From contig PAPY01000031.1 of NCBI GenBank assembly GCA_002709565.1, forward strand, positions 71-64,070: 64,000 nt of DNA, read 5' to 3'. This DNA is from Legionellales bacterium (GTDB lineage: Bacteria; Pseudomonadota; Gammaproteobacteria; UBA1113). The position numbers and the translations under genes are program-made. The notes under the pieces were generated by a model, which saw only the letters and a program-made list of their open reading frames with translations, was not told the origin of the DNA and did no database searches. Shown piece after piece: positions 48,782-58,244 of the stretch. The number at the start of each line of letters is the position of its first letter. Positions within the stretch are counted from its first letter, which is position 1.

Positions 48782-49672
48782 CTACCCCACATCCTCACCG
48801 GATGGGGCGCCATCGGTTAGCCGGCCGGGCTTGGTTTCGGGGTTAGCCACGGCGGGGCGCCATTCGTTGGCATTGGTGTTCAATTGCGGTTTGGCCGTGA
48901 TTCTGAGCATCTTATCATCAATACTGAGGGAGTTACCGTCACCGGTGATGCCTAAACGGGTTTTGGCTACAAACGGCCTTGAGACCATATTTTCATTCAA
49001 AAGTTTACGATAGAGCACCATGCCTTGATAATCTCGGCGCAGACGAGCTAAATTCTCGGCAAAGATGGTATTGCCTTGTTCGGTGCCTTGGTCCCAACCC
49101 ATTTGTACGAAATGTTTCCAAATGGCTACTTCCATATCATCTCTTGGCAATAACGTAGCGTCGGGGACATCGGGCTTCTCGAAATTCATCCAAATATAAT
49201 CCCGCCAATTGGGAGGGGCTGTGACAAAGCGGGCTTGCTGGGCAATAGTATAACTGCGATCAGCCACACGGATAGTGTCGCCACCGTCAGTTAAGTTCAG
49301 CATATTACGTCCAGTGACTAATACCGGCGGTAATACTTCGTTCTCTAGCATTAATGGTCTAAAGTCGAACACTTTGTTGAGCTTGCCGGTGTTTTTTTCC
49401 AGCATAGCATTGATTTCTTCGGTGCGTAGAGCCAAGGCCCCCTGGGCGCCGACGGTCATAGCAGCATCTTTAAGGGCTTGTTTACGGATGGCATTGAGGC
49501 CGCTCTTGGAGTCGACTTTGATTTTGACTTGGTGTAGATCTTTTAGGTCATTAATATTAGAGGTATCTGCAGGATTGGGTGAGTAGGTGGTGATTTCGCG
49601 GGTAGAGGCGCACCCAGTCAGCATCAGAAATAACAGGCCGGTAACGAGAACTCTGAGGATCATGTTTACCAC
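48782..49672 (-). CDS. dotC: Dot/Icm core lipoprotein DotC
   Basis: Lipobox LTGC, GAQG.L, LPPVL, ARFVT.PP.WRDY, RL.RD..GM.LY. Confidence 0.95.
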   Translation of the reverse strand: MVNMILRVLVTGLLFLMLTGCASTREITTYSPNPADTSNINDLKDLHQVKIKVDSKSGLNAIRKQALKDAAMTVGAQGALALRTEEINAMLEKNTGKLNKVFDFRPLMLENEVLPPVLVTGRNMLNLTDGGDTIRVADRSYTIAQQARFVTAPPNWRDYIWMNFEKPDVPDATLLPRDDMEVAIWKHFVQMGWDQGTEQGNTIFAENLARLRRDYQGMVLYRKLLNENMVSRPFVAKTRLGITGDGNSLSIDDKMLRITAKPQLNTNANEWRPAVANPETKPGRLTDGAPSGEDVG

Positions 49673-49675
49673 CTG

Positions 49676-50158
49676 TTAGGTCTGCTTGTAGCGTAATTCG
49701 ATGGTATGGGTATTCGGGAATACCACAATACTGGCGCGTTTACCCACTTGATAACCGGCATTTCGCAAAATGTCACCGATGGGCATATTACTTTCGCTGA
49801 TAGAGACGATCACTGGGATGGCTGGCTCACGGCCCAAGACTTTGACTTTGTAGCCGGTGGAGTCTGCAACTTGGTGTAAGAAAGGCTCAACTGGGCCAGT
49901 CCAGTTAATGGAGACTAAGTTCGCCATGCCATAGGTGGCAGGATCAGGTGGCTGAAACGTATTGGGTGGCGGTGTGGTCGCTTCTTGAATTTCGCCGAGC
50001 TTCTGTAATGATTGGCTCACAGATTGTGCAGCTTCAGCCAGTTTTGCCTCCGCCGGATCGGCCGTGCGGGGGTTATTGGCGGTAGGTGCGACTTTGTCGG
50101 TTGAACAGCCACCGAGGCAGAGGATGGCACAGATTGTAATGACACACTTATAGTTCAT
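49676..50158 (-). CDS. dotD: Dot/Icm core lipoprotein DotD
   Basis: Lipobox, LAEAA.SVS.SL, W.GP.E, G..PAIPV, IELRY. Confidence 0.95.
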   Translation of the reverse strand: MNYKCVITICAILCLGGCSTDKVAPTANNPRTADPAEAKLAEAAQSVSQSLQKLGEIQEATTPPPNTFQPPDPATYGMANLVSINWTGPVEPFLHQVADSTGYKVKVLGREPAIPVIVSISESNMPIGDILRNAGYQVGKRASIVVFPNTHTIELRYKQT

Positions 50159-50329
50159 CGCTTCCTGCTACAAAGGATATTGATTAAAGCATTGAAGCAA
50201 GTTGGTTAGATAATGTCAAGATAGCGTAGCATGTTTCGACGTTGTTACGTATACTTAAATATGGTTGCAGCACTTGCCTTTTTACTGAGGAGGTGCGTTG
50301 CTTGAGGTAACAACGAGTAGGTTTATAGC

Positions 50330-50605
50330 ATGGCCGTAAAAGTCATCCAATCCCATTGGCGAGATTCCGCGCGAGTTGCGCGATTATTTATCATGGATGC
50401 TAGGGCCGCTTTTCCTCTGTTATTGTTCCTGGTGCATATTCGACTCTGGAGTTTTGCTTTAGCGTTGATAGCGACCTTAGCCTTTGCGGCGCTAGAGTAT
50501 TTTGGTTTTACCGTCGTGATTTATGGTCGCATGATTCGAACTTATCTGGCGGGCAAACGCAAATTCGCTCGTCCTTGGTGGCGAGAAGATAACTTACGGT
50601 GGTGA
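50330..50605 (+). CDS. icmT: Dot/Icm protein IcmT
   Basis: HWRDSAR..R....DARAAFPLL.FL.HI. Confidence 0.93.
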   Translation: MAVKVIQSHWRDSARVARLFIMDARAAFPLLLFLVHIRLWSFALALIATLAFAALEYFGFTVVIYGRMIRTYLAGKRKFARPWWREDNLRW

Positions 50606-50609
50606 TGGG

Positions 50610-50948
50610 ATGGAAATGAGCAAAAAGCTGGCCAAAGTTGCCGGCGCCATGAACGCAAATTTTACTCTCAATGATAAACCTATCAAGGTTGAAGAAGTCT
50701 TTGCGCCAACCGGATTATTACCTGCTATTTGTCGCCGTGCAGATCAGCTCTGCTCCTTGTGTCTTGGTTATGGCATTGGGATCTCATTCGAGGAGTCGGA
50801 GGGTTCTCTGCTTGGCGTACAAGTGGTTTTTGATGATGTAACACCAGATATTCTACGTTATCTCTGTGTGGTGGATGTGCTGAAGGAATTGATCCAATCC
50901 TCACCGACGCCGGGGGTAACACCGTTGGATGAATTGATGTATGACTAG
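50610..50948 (+). CDS. icmS: Dot/Icm adaptor IcmS
   Basis: FTLN, GLLPAI.RRADQLCSLCLGYG and LDELMYD. Confidence 0.96.
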   Translation: MEMSKKLAKVAGAMNANFTLNDKPIKVEEVFAPTGLLPAICRRADQLCSLCLGYGIGISFEESEGSLLGVQVVFDDVTPDILRYLCVVDVLKELIQSSPTPGVTPLDELMYD

Positions 50949-50961
50949 GGCCGTGTAAACG

Positions 50962-51279
50962 ATGACAAGCTTAGCAGAACTCAATACAAAAGAGTCTATC
51001 ACCACCGGTGAAGCTGCTGTGGCTGCAAAAGAATTAGTGGCAAAGTACTTGCGGGTGCTTGGTAATGTGTTAGATATCAAAACCAATGTCAGCGAAGATG
51101 AGGCGAGCTTTTTTCAGCGTCGTCGTCGTGCATTAACCACCGAGGAAACCGAAGGTGCTAGTGCCCGGCGCAGTAGCAATACGGAGTTACTGCAAGAATT
51201 ACAACGGGTATTACAAGAATTAGAAGCCAACATCAATAAAGTTGAACGCTACATGATAAAAAAACGAGCGAGCTTTTAG
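50962..51279 (+). CDS. Small helical orphan, putative functional IcmR homologue (FIR)
   Basis: 105 aa, amphipathic/coiled-coil helices, located exactly between icmS and icmQ. Confidence 0.6.
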   Translation: MTSLAELNTKESITTGEAAVAAKELVAKYLRVLGNVLDIKTNVSEDEASFFQRRRRALTTEETEGASARRSSNTELLQELQRVLQELEANINKVERYMIKKRASF

Positions 51280-51286
51280 ATAGATT

Positions 51287-51907
51287 ATGAGTATTGAAGA
51301 TTGGGACGATCCCAAGGTAAATCGCAAATTGATTCAGTTTCTTGATGAAGCGATTCAAGGTTGCGAGCAAGCCTACGAAGGCCATTCACGTTCCTTCGCA
51401 GTTATCTTGTCCGATCTCGAAAAGCTACGCATGATTTGTGGTGAGAAATTAAGCCTCAGCGAAGGCGTACCAGCCAAGGCAACGACTGAACGAACTGCAG
51501 TCAATCTAGCAACACAAGCTGAACTTGAGAAGCAAACTGTTTACGTGCGCTTATTCCACAAAGATATGACGACCTTGAATAGTCCTAATCCGGCTACCGG
51601 CTGGATCAAACCATTGTTCGAGTCTATCAAGTTAGCCGAGAAACATGGCCTTGCGATTTATGAAGATGAAGACAATGCCCGCAAAAGTCTAAAAGACGAT
51701 CGTTACGGTTATGTTGAGGTAACTATCATGCCGGAGCAGGACATCACAGATAAGCGCCCCCCTAAGCAAGATACAGCACAGGGTTGTACCTTGTTAACGG
51801 TAGAAAATATTCAGGTCGACCAGATGAAGCGTTTTCATCATCAGGGGGTGGATTATCCAATTATTGGTGGGGTATTGCAGACCCCGAATAAAGGGACAAG
51901 TAATTAA
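51287..51907 (+). CDS. icmQ: Divergent IcmQ
   Basis: LDEAI, VYV.L, IY..E..(A)...Y.YV pattern; synteny upstream of icmP. Confidence 0.65.
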   Translation: MSIEDWDDPKVNRKLIQFLDEAIQGCEQAYEGHSRSFAVILSDLEKLRMICGEKLSLSEGVPAKATTERTAVNLATQAELEKQTVYVRLFHKDMTTLNSPNPATGWIKPLFESIKLAEKHGLAIYEDEDNARKSLKDDRYGYVEVTIMPEQDITDKRPPKQDTAQGCTLLTVENIQVDQMKRFHHQGVDYPIIGGVLQTPNKGTSN

Positions 51908-51976
51908 GGAATCGCTAAGCGAGCTTAGTAACAAGTGTTGATATACTTAATTGTATACAAGATGTAAGGTAAATTA

Positions 51977-53092
51977 ATGGCAGCGGCACAACAACAAAAT
52001 CCATCTGACAACTCCATGGGGCTCCTTTGGATCATGATCGCCATTGTAGTGTTTGGTTTGTTGGCCTGGTATTTTTTCCACGAATATATTATTGCGGGCT
52101 TCATGGCTGTGAAGTTAGCGGAAGTGTCTTTCATCAGTATTTTCAGTGATAGTATTGAACAAACCCGCCAAGCGTTGCTTAATACGCCATTACGTAAAAT
52201 CAGCTTGCAAGGGGCTGTCACGGTGAGTCGGGAAGTGGGTGATTATTTAAAATACCCGGTGGCTATTATTCTTGGAGTGTTAGCCGCTATTATTTATGGT
52301 TCTAGTACCGGTTCTAAATTTAAAACCATCCACAATATGAAGACCCTCGCCGAGCAAGAAAAACAAAATTGGCCACAGATTTCAATGGTGACCAAATTAG
52401 ATTTGGTGAGTGAACACATCGAAAAAGGCGATTGGGCGGTGGCTTTGACCCCTATGCAATTCGCTAAAAAATACAAATTACTCAAAAAAGACAAACAAAA
52501 TATTGGCTCCAAAGGCCTGTCCAAAGATATCCAGATAGTCGTTACTGTCATTAAACCCAAAGCCACCAAAGTGTTTGCAGGACAAATTGGCCAACCTTGG
52601 CAAGGCCCCAACAAACTAAAGCCTTATGCTAAAGCATTGTTTGCGGCGTTCGCAGCCAAAGCCTGTGATGATGATGCTGGTTGTCGACGTTTGTTGAATC
52701 AGTTGGCAGAGTCCATGGGTAAGGGCAAATTAGATACCAGTGGTACCGATGAATTACTCAAAAAACACATCAACAACAAAATCATCAAAAAGGTGTTGAA
52801 TGCCCATGCTTACGAGTTAGGCATGATGGCGACGATGTTGCAGTTAGCCCGTATGGATGGGGTATTGTCATCAGCAGAATTTGTTTGGCTAAAACCAATG
52901 GATAGACCGCTATGGTTTATGTTAAATACCGTGGGCCGGCAAACCCCGTGTACCGAGATTGCTGGCCCCTATGCCCATTGGTTGGCTGAGATAGAGATCG
53001 GCAGGCGCTTATCAGTGCCGATGGTGGAAGAAGCCAGTAACGCACTAGAAGAAGCAATCAGTAAAATACGTTACACAGAGGATGAGGACTAG
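51977..53092 (+). CDS. icmP: Coupling-complex protein IcmP/DotM
   Basis: EK.NWPQI, WAVALTPMQFAKKY, HAY, DGVL, WLKP.DR.LW..LN.VGRQ. Confidence 0.95.
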   Translation: MAAAQQQNPSDNSMGLLWIMIAIVVFGLLAWYFFHEYIIAGFMAVKLAEVSFISIFSDSIEQTRQALLNTPLRKISLQGAVTVSREVGDYLKYPVAIILGVLAAIIYGSSTGSKFKTIHNMKTLAEQEKQNWPQISMVTKLDLVSEHIEKGDWAVALTPMQFAKKYKLLKKDKQNIGSKGLSKDIQIVVTVIKPKATKVFAGQIGQPWQGPNKLKPYAKALFAAFAAKACDDDAGCRRLLNQLAESMGKGKLDTSGTDELLKKHINNKIIKKVLNAHAYELGMMATMLQLARMDGVLSSAEFVWLKPMDRPLWFMLNTVGRQTPCTEIAGPYAHWLAEIEIGRRLSVPMVEEASNALEEAISKIRYTEDED

Positions 53093-53097
53093 TTCAT

Positions 53098-55464
53098 ATG
53101 GCAAAGTACGTCGAACGCGGTCTTGAGTCTCATCACGAACAGGACCAGCGCCAGTTAATCCGAGATACCCGTACCCTTGGGGAGCGGTTTGCGGATTTTT
53201 TTGCTGAACCGTTTAATGCAACGTTGATTCTGGCGGTGTTAGCGGGTTCTGTTTTTATTGTGCCTGCGGTAGCTGATATTGTCTTTCTCTGTGGCTTGGG
53301 ATTATTTGCATTCACCTACACCCGCAAGACAACACTCCCGTTTCGCTTGCCCCAAGTCGCGAATCGCCCCGACTATAATGATACCCAGCCCGGTACCGGC
53401 AAGCCACTCATGGCTCGGGGGATCTGTTATCTAGGCAATGAGCGCAGTGATAATGCGGAGCTGTGGTTCTCTAACGAAGACATGCGGACCCACGTCTTAA
53501 TTTTCGGCTCAACCGGTAGTGGTAAAACCGAAGCGCTGATCTCTTTTGCCTATAATGCCTTGTTGCAAGGCAGTGGTTTTATTTATATCGATGGTAAAGG
53601 TGAAAACTCTCTGTTTGCCAAAGTCTACTCCATGGCACGCCAAATGGGGCGTGAAGATGATGTATTACTCGTTAACTTCATGACCGGTGCCCGCGACGTT
53701 TTTGGTCCCCAAGCAAAACGTTTGTCTAACACTCTGAATCCTTTTGCCCGCGGTTCATCCAGTATGTTAGCCCAGCTTGTTGTGAGTTTGATGGACTCCT
53801 CTTCAGCCACACCCGACGGTGACATGTGGAAAGGTCGTGCTATTTCCTTTGTTGAGGCGTTGATGATCCTGTTGGCCCATGTTCGTGATGAAGGTCATGT
53901 ACTATTGGATGCCAATACCATTCGTAACTATTTCCACTTGCCGAAGCTCGAGCAAATTGTCGTCGATAAACAATTTCCCCTAGAAAACGGTGAAACCGTA
54001 CCGCTAGATGACGTTCCTCCAGTAGTATTAGAGCCGATCACCAACTTTGTTTTAACCTTGCCGGGGTATGATAAAGCCAAAAAAGGCAAACAAGTTTCGC
54101 AAGTGTTAGAGCAACACGGCTTCATTACCATGCAGTTAACCCGGGTATTTACCTCACTGGCGGATACCTACGGTCATATTCTACGAACGGATTTGCCCGA
54201 AGTGGATTTAAAAGATGTGGTATTAAACCGCCGAATTCTTGTCGTGCTATTACCCGCACTCGAGAAAGCACCGGAAGAATTGTCAAACTTGGGTAAGATT
54301 ATTGTCTCAACATTAAAGGCGATGATGTCATCGGGACTTGGGAGTGATGTAGAGGGTACTTATGGCGAATTAATTCGTCGTAAGCCCACCAACTCACCGA
54401 CACCATTCATGTGTATCATGGATGAGTATGGTTATTATGCCGTTGAAGGTTTCGCAGTGGTACCTGCGCAAGCACGTTCCCTGGGCTTCTCGGCGATCTT
54501 TGCCGGACAAGACTTACCCGCCTTCCAAAAAGCCTCCAAAGAAGAAGCCGCATCCATCGGCGCAAACACCAATATTAAGATCTGTATGAAGCTTGAAGAT
54601 CCGACAGAAACCTGGGAATTCTTCATGAAAACCGCCGGTGAAGCGTATGTCACAAAGGTCGATGCGTTTCAAACTAGCGCCAATAGTGTGATGAACAACT
54701 ACTTAGATACGCGCAGTGCTTCAACTGAGAAGCGCCAACGTATTGAATTAACTGACCTCAAAGAACAAGGCCTTGGTGAGGGCCACTTCTTCTTTAAATC
54801 CCGTATTATTCGCGGAAGAACATTCTATGCAGCACCGAAAGTGGTTAACTACATGCGCCTTAATCATTTTCTCAAAGTGGGTCCACCACCCAGTAAATTA
54901 TTAGTGGAGTTTGAAGGTCGCAGTAGTCGATTCATTCAAGCCTTAAAAGAACTCAAAGACTATTCGGGGGTTGAGAGTGATCTGGAAGATATTAACTTAA
55001 TGGTAGAGAAGCTCCGCAGTGATGAAGGCGGGGCTATTGAGCGTGGGGTTGAAGCTTTACTCGCGTACCATGGCCATCATACAGTGCCGGAAGTAGAAGA
55101 AGAAGTTGATGATACACCGTTGGATGAGCTTAATCTATTTGTGCCTATTCGCTTGTCTGATCCAACCATCCCGATGTTGGTGGGCGAGAACTTCGAGAGT
55201 TTTGCTGAACCCTTAGTCAAGAAAGCCGAAACCCGGGCACGAGTTGAATTCATTGAACGTCTATCGGGTAAAGTGGCAAAACATGCCAGCAGCGTGGCTA
55301 ATGAAATTATTAAAGATATGCAATTAGCGACGTTCTATCCGCCCCATATTACCAATCAACCTTCAGCTGCTGAGTTAGCTGCTAGCGTGGATGAGTTAAC
55401 AGAACATGTGGCACTCAAAATAACCAGCAAACAACAAGAAACTGACTTTAACGATGAAATCTAA
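53098..55464 (+). CDS. icmO: Type IV coupling protein IcmO/DotL
   Basis: GSTGSGKT, DGKG, DMWKGRAI, DEYGYY, PAQARSLGF. Confidence 0.97.
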   Translation: MAKYVERGLESHHEQDQRQLIRDTRTLGERFADFFAEPFNATLILAVLAGSVFIVPAVADIVFLCGLGLFAFTYTRKTTLPFRLPQVANRPDYNDTQPGTGKPLMARGICYLGNERSDNAELWFSNEDMRTHVLIFGSTGSGKTEALISFAYNALLQGSGFIYIDGKGENSLFAKVYSMARQMGREDDVLLVNFMTGARDVFGPQAKRLSNTLNPFARGSSSMLAQLVVSLMDSSSATPDGDMWKGRAISFVEALMILLAHVRDEGHVLLDANTIRNYFHLPKLEQIVVDKQFPLENGETVPLDDVPPVVLEPITNFVLTLPGYDKAKKGKQVSQVLEQHGFITMQLTRVFTSLADTYGHILRTDLPEVDLKDVVLNRRILVVLLPALEKAPEELSNLGKIIVSTLKAMMSSGLGSDVEGTYGELIRRKPTNSPTPFMCIMDEYGYYAVEGFAVVPAQARSLGFSAIFAGQDLPAFQKASKEEAASIGANTNIKICMKLEDPTETWEFFMKTAGEAYVTKVDAFQTSANSVMNNYLDTRSASTEKRQRIELTDLKEQGLGEGHFFFKSRIIRGRTFYAAPKVVNYMRLNHFLKVGPPPSKLLVEFEGRSSRFIQALKELKDYSGVESDLEDINLMVEKLRSDEGGAIERGVEALLAYHGHHTVPEVEEEVDDTPLDELNLFVPIRLSDPTIPMLVGENFESFAEPLVKKAETRARVEFIERLSGKVAKHASSVANEIIKDMQLATFYPPHITNQPSAAELAASVDELTEHVALKITSKQQETDFNDEI

Positions 55465-56428
55465 TTGGCAACCCACCGCAAGTATTAATAACTTAAAAAT
55501 TCGCGCGCAGGTACTTGCGACGATTCGGGCTTTTTTTGCTGAGCGTGATGTGCTTGAAGTCGACACACCGCTATTAAGTGCGGGCACAGTGACGGATCCG
55601 TATTTACGTTCCATGACCAGTGAATTTATTTGGGATGGTGATAGCTCTGGCAAGACCTTATATTTACAAACCTCACCAGAGTTTGCCATGAAGCGTTTAT
55701 TGGCAGCGGATAGTGGCGCTATTTATCAAATTTGTAAAGCGTTCCGTAATGGTGAAGCAGGCACACAGCACAATCCCGAATTCACGATATTGGAATGGTA
55801 TCGTCCCGGCTTTAATCATCACGATTTGATGGACGAAATGGATGCGTTATTGCAAGCTGTTTTGCAATGCCCAATGGCAGAACGCCTAAGTTACCAAGAC
55901 GCCTTTGCGCGGCAATGTGATATCAATCCCCATAAGACGACATTGGCAGAGTTAGAAGCGGTGGCGGCAGCGTTTAAATTAACTATCACAGAGGCGTTCA
56001 ATAGAGATGACAAAGACAGTTGGCTGGATTTGTTGATGAGTCATGTTATCGAGCAAGATCTCGGTCGTGATGGGCCCTGTTTTATTTACGATTATCCTGC
56101 GAGTCAAGCAGCACTTGCTAAAGTTCGACAAGATACTATTCCAGTCGCAGAGCGTTTTGAAGTCTATATCAATGGTGTTGAACTGGCTAATGGTTTCCAT
56201 GAATTAACCGACAGTAGTGAGCAAGCAACACGCTTTCGTCAAGATTTGGCGAAGCGCCAGCAGCTTGGTCTAGAACAGGTGCCTATCGACAATAACCTAT
56301 TGGATGCATTGCAACACGGCCTCCCCGATTGCGCCGGCGTTGCTCTCGGCATTGACCGCCTCGTCATGCTCGCCTGCAACACTTGCAACATCCGCGACGT
56401 GCTAAGCTTTCCGTTGGAGCGGGCATAA
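55454..56428 (+). CDS. epmA: EF-P beta-lysyltransferase
   Basis: LQTSPEF.MKRLLA, FRN.E.G..HNPEFT.LEWY, ELANGF, GVALG.DRL. Confidence 0.95.
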   Translation: MKSNWQPTASINNLKIRAQVLATIRAFFAERDVLEVDTPLLSAGTVTDPYLRSMTSEFIWDGDSSGKTLYLQTSPEFAMKRLLAADSGAIYQICKAFRNGEAGTQHNPEFTILEWYRPGFNHHDLMDEMDALLQAVLQCPMAERLSYQDAFARQCDINPHKTTLAELEAVAAAFKLTITEAFNRDDKDSWLDLLMSHVIEQDLGRDGPCFIYDYPASQAALAKVRQDTIPVAERFEVYINGVELANGFHELTDSSEQATRFRQDLAKRQQLGLEQVPIDNNLLDALQHGLPDCAGVALGIDRLVMLACNTCNIRDVLSFPLERA

Positions 56429-56515
56429 CTAAATACCTGTTCGCTGTTTGCAATCTGTTTAAACTAGAATATACTTGAACTCATTTAACTGTCACATAGA
56501 TGATAGGGAGTCGCA

Positions 56516-57937
56516 ATGTTCACTACAGTTGAAGAATTAAAGAAAATCATTTCTCAGGGTGAGTCTAGAACACTTGAGTTTAAGAAATCCACAGCGCAGT
56601 TATCCGATGGTTGTAAGTCATTATGTGGATTTCTTAATGGTGAAGGTGGTACATTAATTTTCGGTGTGTCAGACAATCATAAAATAATAGGCCAAAAAGT
56701 CAATGATAAGACTAAGCTTGATCTTGACAGCAGACTTACTCATATTCAACCAAAGCCTAGATTAGATATAAGCTATTTTCCAGTTCCAGCAACCGATAAC
56801 CAGATAATTATTATTAATGCAAAGGATGATCTGCAGAAAAAGCCTTATCTTTATGATGGTAGAGCATATATTCGCTGTGAAGCGGGTAAGCGGCAAATGA
56901 CAGCTGAAGAGTTACGCTATGCAATACTCAATAATGCCGATAACTGGGGTAAATGGGATGCTCGTGTATGCCAGGATGCAACATTAGATGATATTGATGT
57001 TAATGAGCTACTTGGTACCATCCGTGAAGGCGTCGGAAATGGACGTTTACCTGAGGACGCTGCAACAGTTGATCCTTGGGAGGCGCTTCAACACCTTGAT
57101 CTTGTCAAAGATAATCAGCTAATCAACGCTGCAGTGGTTTTATTTGGTAAAAAAATTAGTCGATTTTTCCCTCAATGCAATTTGCGCCTTGCCCGTTTTA
57201 AGGGGATAAATAAAGATGAGTTTATCGATAGTAAATACATTGATGGTAATGCCTTTGAATTATTGAGAAGTGCGCTGCGTTTTGCCAATCAGCATTTGCC
57301 CGTCGCAAGTACATTCCCGAGTAATTCCTTTGAACGGCATGATGAACCACTATTCCCAATAATAGCCTTACGAGAGGCCATTGCAAATGCAATTTGTCAC
57401 CGTAATTATACTGAAATTGGCGGCAGTATTAGTATGGCTATCTATGATGATAGAATTGAAATCTGGAGTTATGGTCTTTTGGCGCCGGGCGTGGATGTTA
57501 ATAAATTGTGCGAGCTTAATCAATCTATCCCACGTAATCGTCATGTTGCTAGCGCCCTTTATTATCATAAATACTTTGAGAAATGGGGACGTGGGGTCAA
57601 TCTTATTACCAATTCGTGCGTCAACGCTGGTCACCCCGCTCCGTATTATCAGATCAATACTGCTGGGGTTTTATTAACCTTACCCTCAAAGCAGTTAATT
57701 GGTGGTGGACACATTGTTACTCAGCCTCAATGTACATTGACTGAGAGACAACAGGCTATCATGGCTTTATTGAATTCCAGTAATGGTTTATCTACATCAG
57801 AGATTCATCAGCAACTTGATGATCCACCCTCTGAGAGAACAATACGAGAAGATCTTGATATTCTTCATAAAGCTGGAAAGCTTATTCTACAAGGTAAGAC
57901 TAGAGGTCGCAGATGGTATTTGATTAAATCTGAGTAG
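56516..57937 (+). CDS. AlbA_2 (Schlafen-like) + HATPase-like + C-terminal HTH protein
   Basis: GES..LEFK, F.N..GG.L.FGV.D, REAI.NA..HR.Y, RN..A, E.WGRG, HTH ..RT..EDL. Confidence 0.85.
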   Translation: MFTTVEELKKIISQGESRTLEFKKSTAQLSDGCKSLCGFLNGEGGTLIFGVSDNHKIIGQKVNDKTKLDLDSRLTHIQPKPRLDISYFPVPATDNQIIIINAKDDLQKKPYLYDGRAYIRCEAGKRQMTAEELRYAILNNADNWGKWDARVCQDATLDDIDVNELLGTIREGVGNGRLPEDAATVDPWEALQHLDLVKDNQLINAAVVLFGKKISRFFPQCNLRLARFKGINKDEFIDSKYIDGNAFELLRSALRFANQHLPVASTFPSNSFERHDEPLFPIIALREAIANAICHRNYTEIGGSISMAIYDDRIEIWSYGLLAPGVDVNKLCELNQSIPRNRHVASALYYHKYFEKWGRGVNLITNSCVNAGHPAPYYQINTAGVLLTLPSKQLIGGGHIVTQPQCTLTERQQAIMALLNSSNGLSTSEIHQQLDDPPSERTIREDLDILHKAGKLILQGKTRGRRWYLIKSE

Positions 57938-57992
57938 TTATTTTCAAGCACTATGGGATAATTATACCTGAATAATACGTGTTAATTTTGTT

Positions 57993-58042
57993 TATCTGGA
58001 AGTATCTGGAAGTATCTGGAAGTATCTGGAAGTATCTGGAAG
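57993..58042. repeat. Perfect tandem repeat (TATCTGGAAG)x5
   Basis: Read directly from the sequence; intergenic. Confidence 0.95.
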
Positions 58043-58067
58043 TGGGTCTACTTTTTGAGCCATAAAT

Positions 58068-58208
58068 CCGGCTTTTCGCACCAGTCTCTTTTTGCGCATA
58101 AAAGGTAAAAACTTAACTCAAAATGCTCAGGTATTGCATATACATTCCGCTTTTTCATTAATTTTTTACCTTTTCTGCATCAAAAATAGCCCTGGTGCGA
58201 AAAGCCGG
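58068..58208. mobile_element. 141-bp palindromic MITE-like element with ATAAAT flanking duplication
   Basis: Perfect 17-bp TIR ccggcttttcgcaccag extending imperfectly to ~50 bp; ATAAAT at 58062-58067 and 58209-58214. Confidence 0.8.
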
Positions 58209-58244
58209 ATAAATCAATCAGTTAAAGCAGAGTTGCCCAAATCC

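Noticed and set aside
50215..50231. gtcaagatagcgtagc as a PmrA box for dotD/icmT
   Set aside because: Both TTAA half-sites are broken; too weak to call.
57993..58042. Repeat array as a CRISPR
   Set aside because: 10-bp units with no spacers and no cas genes; it is a simple tandem repeat.
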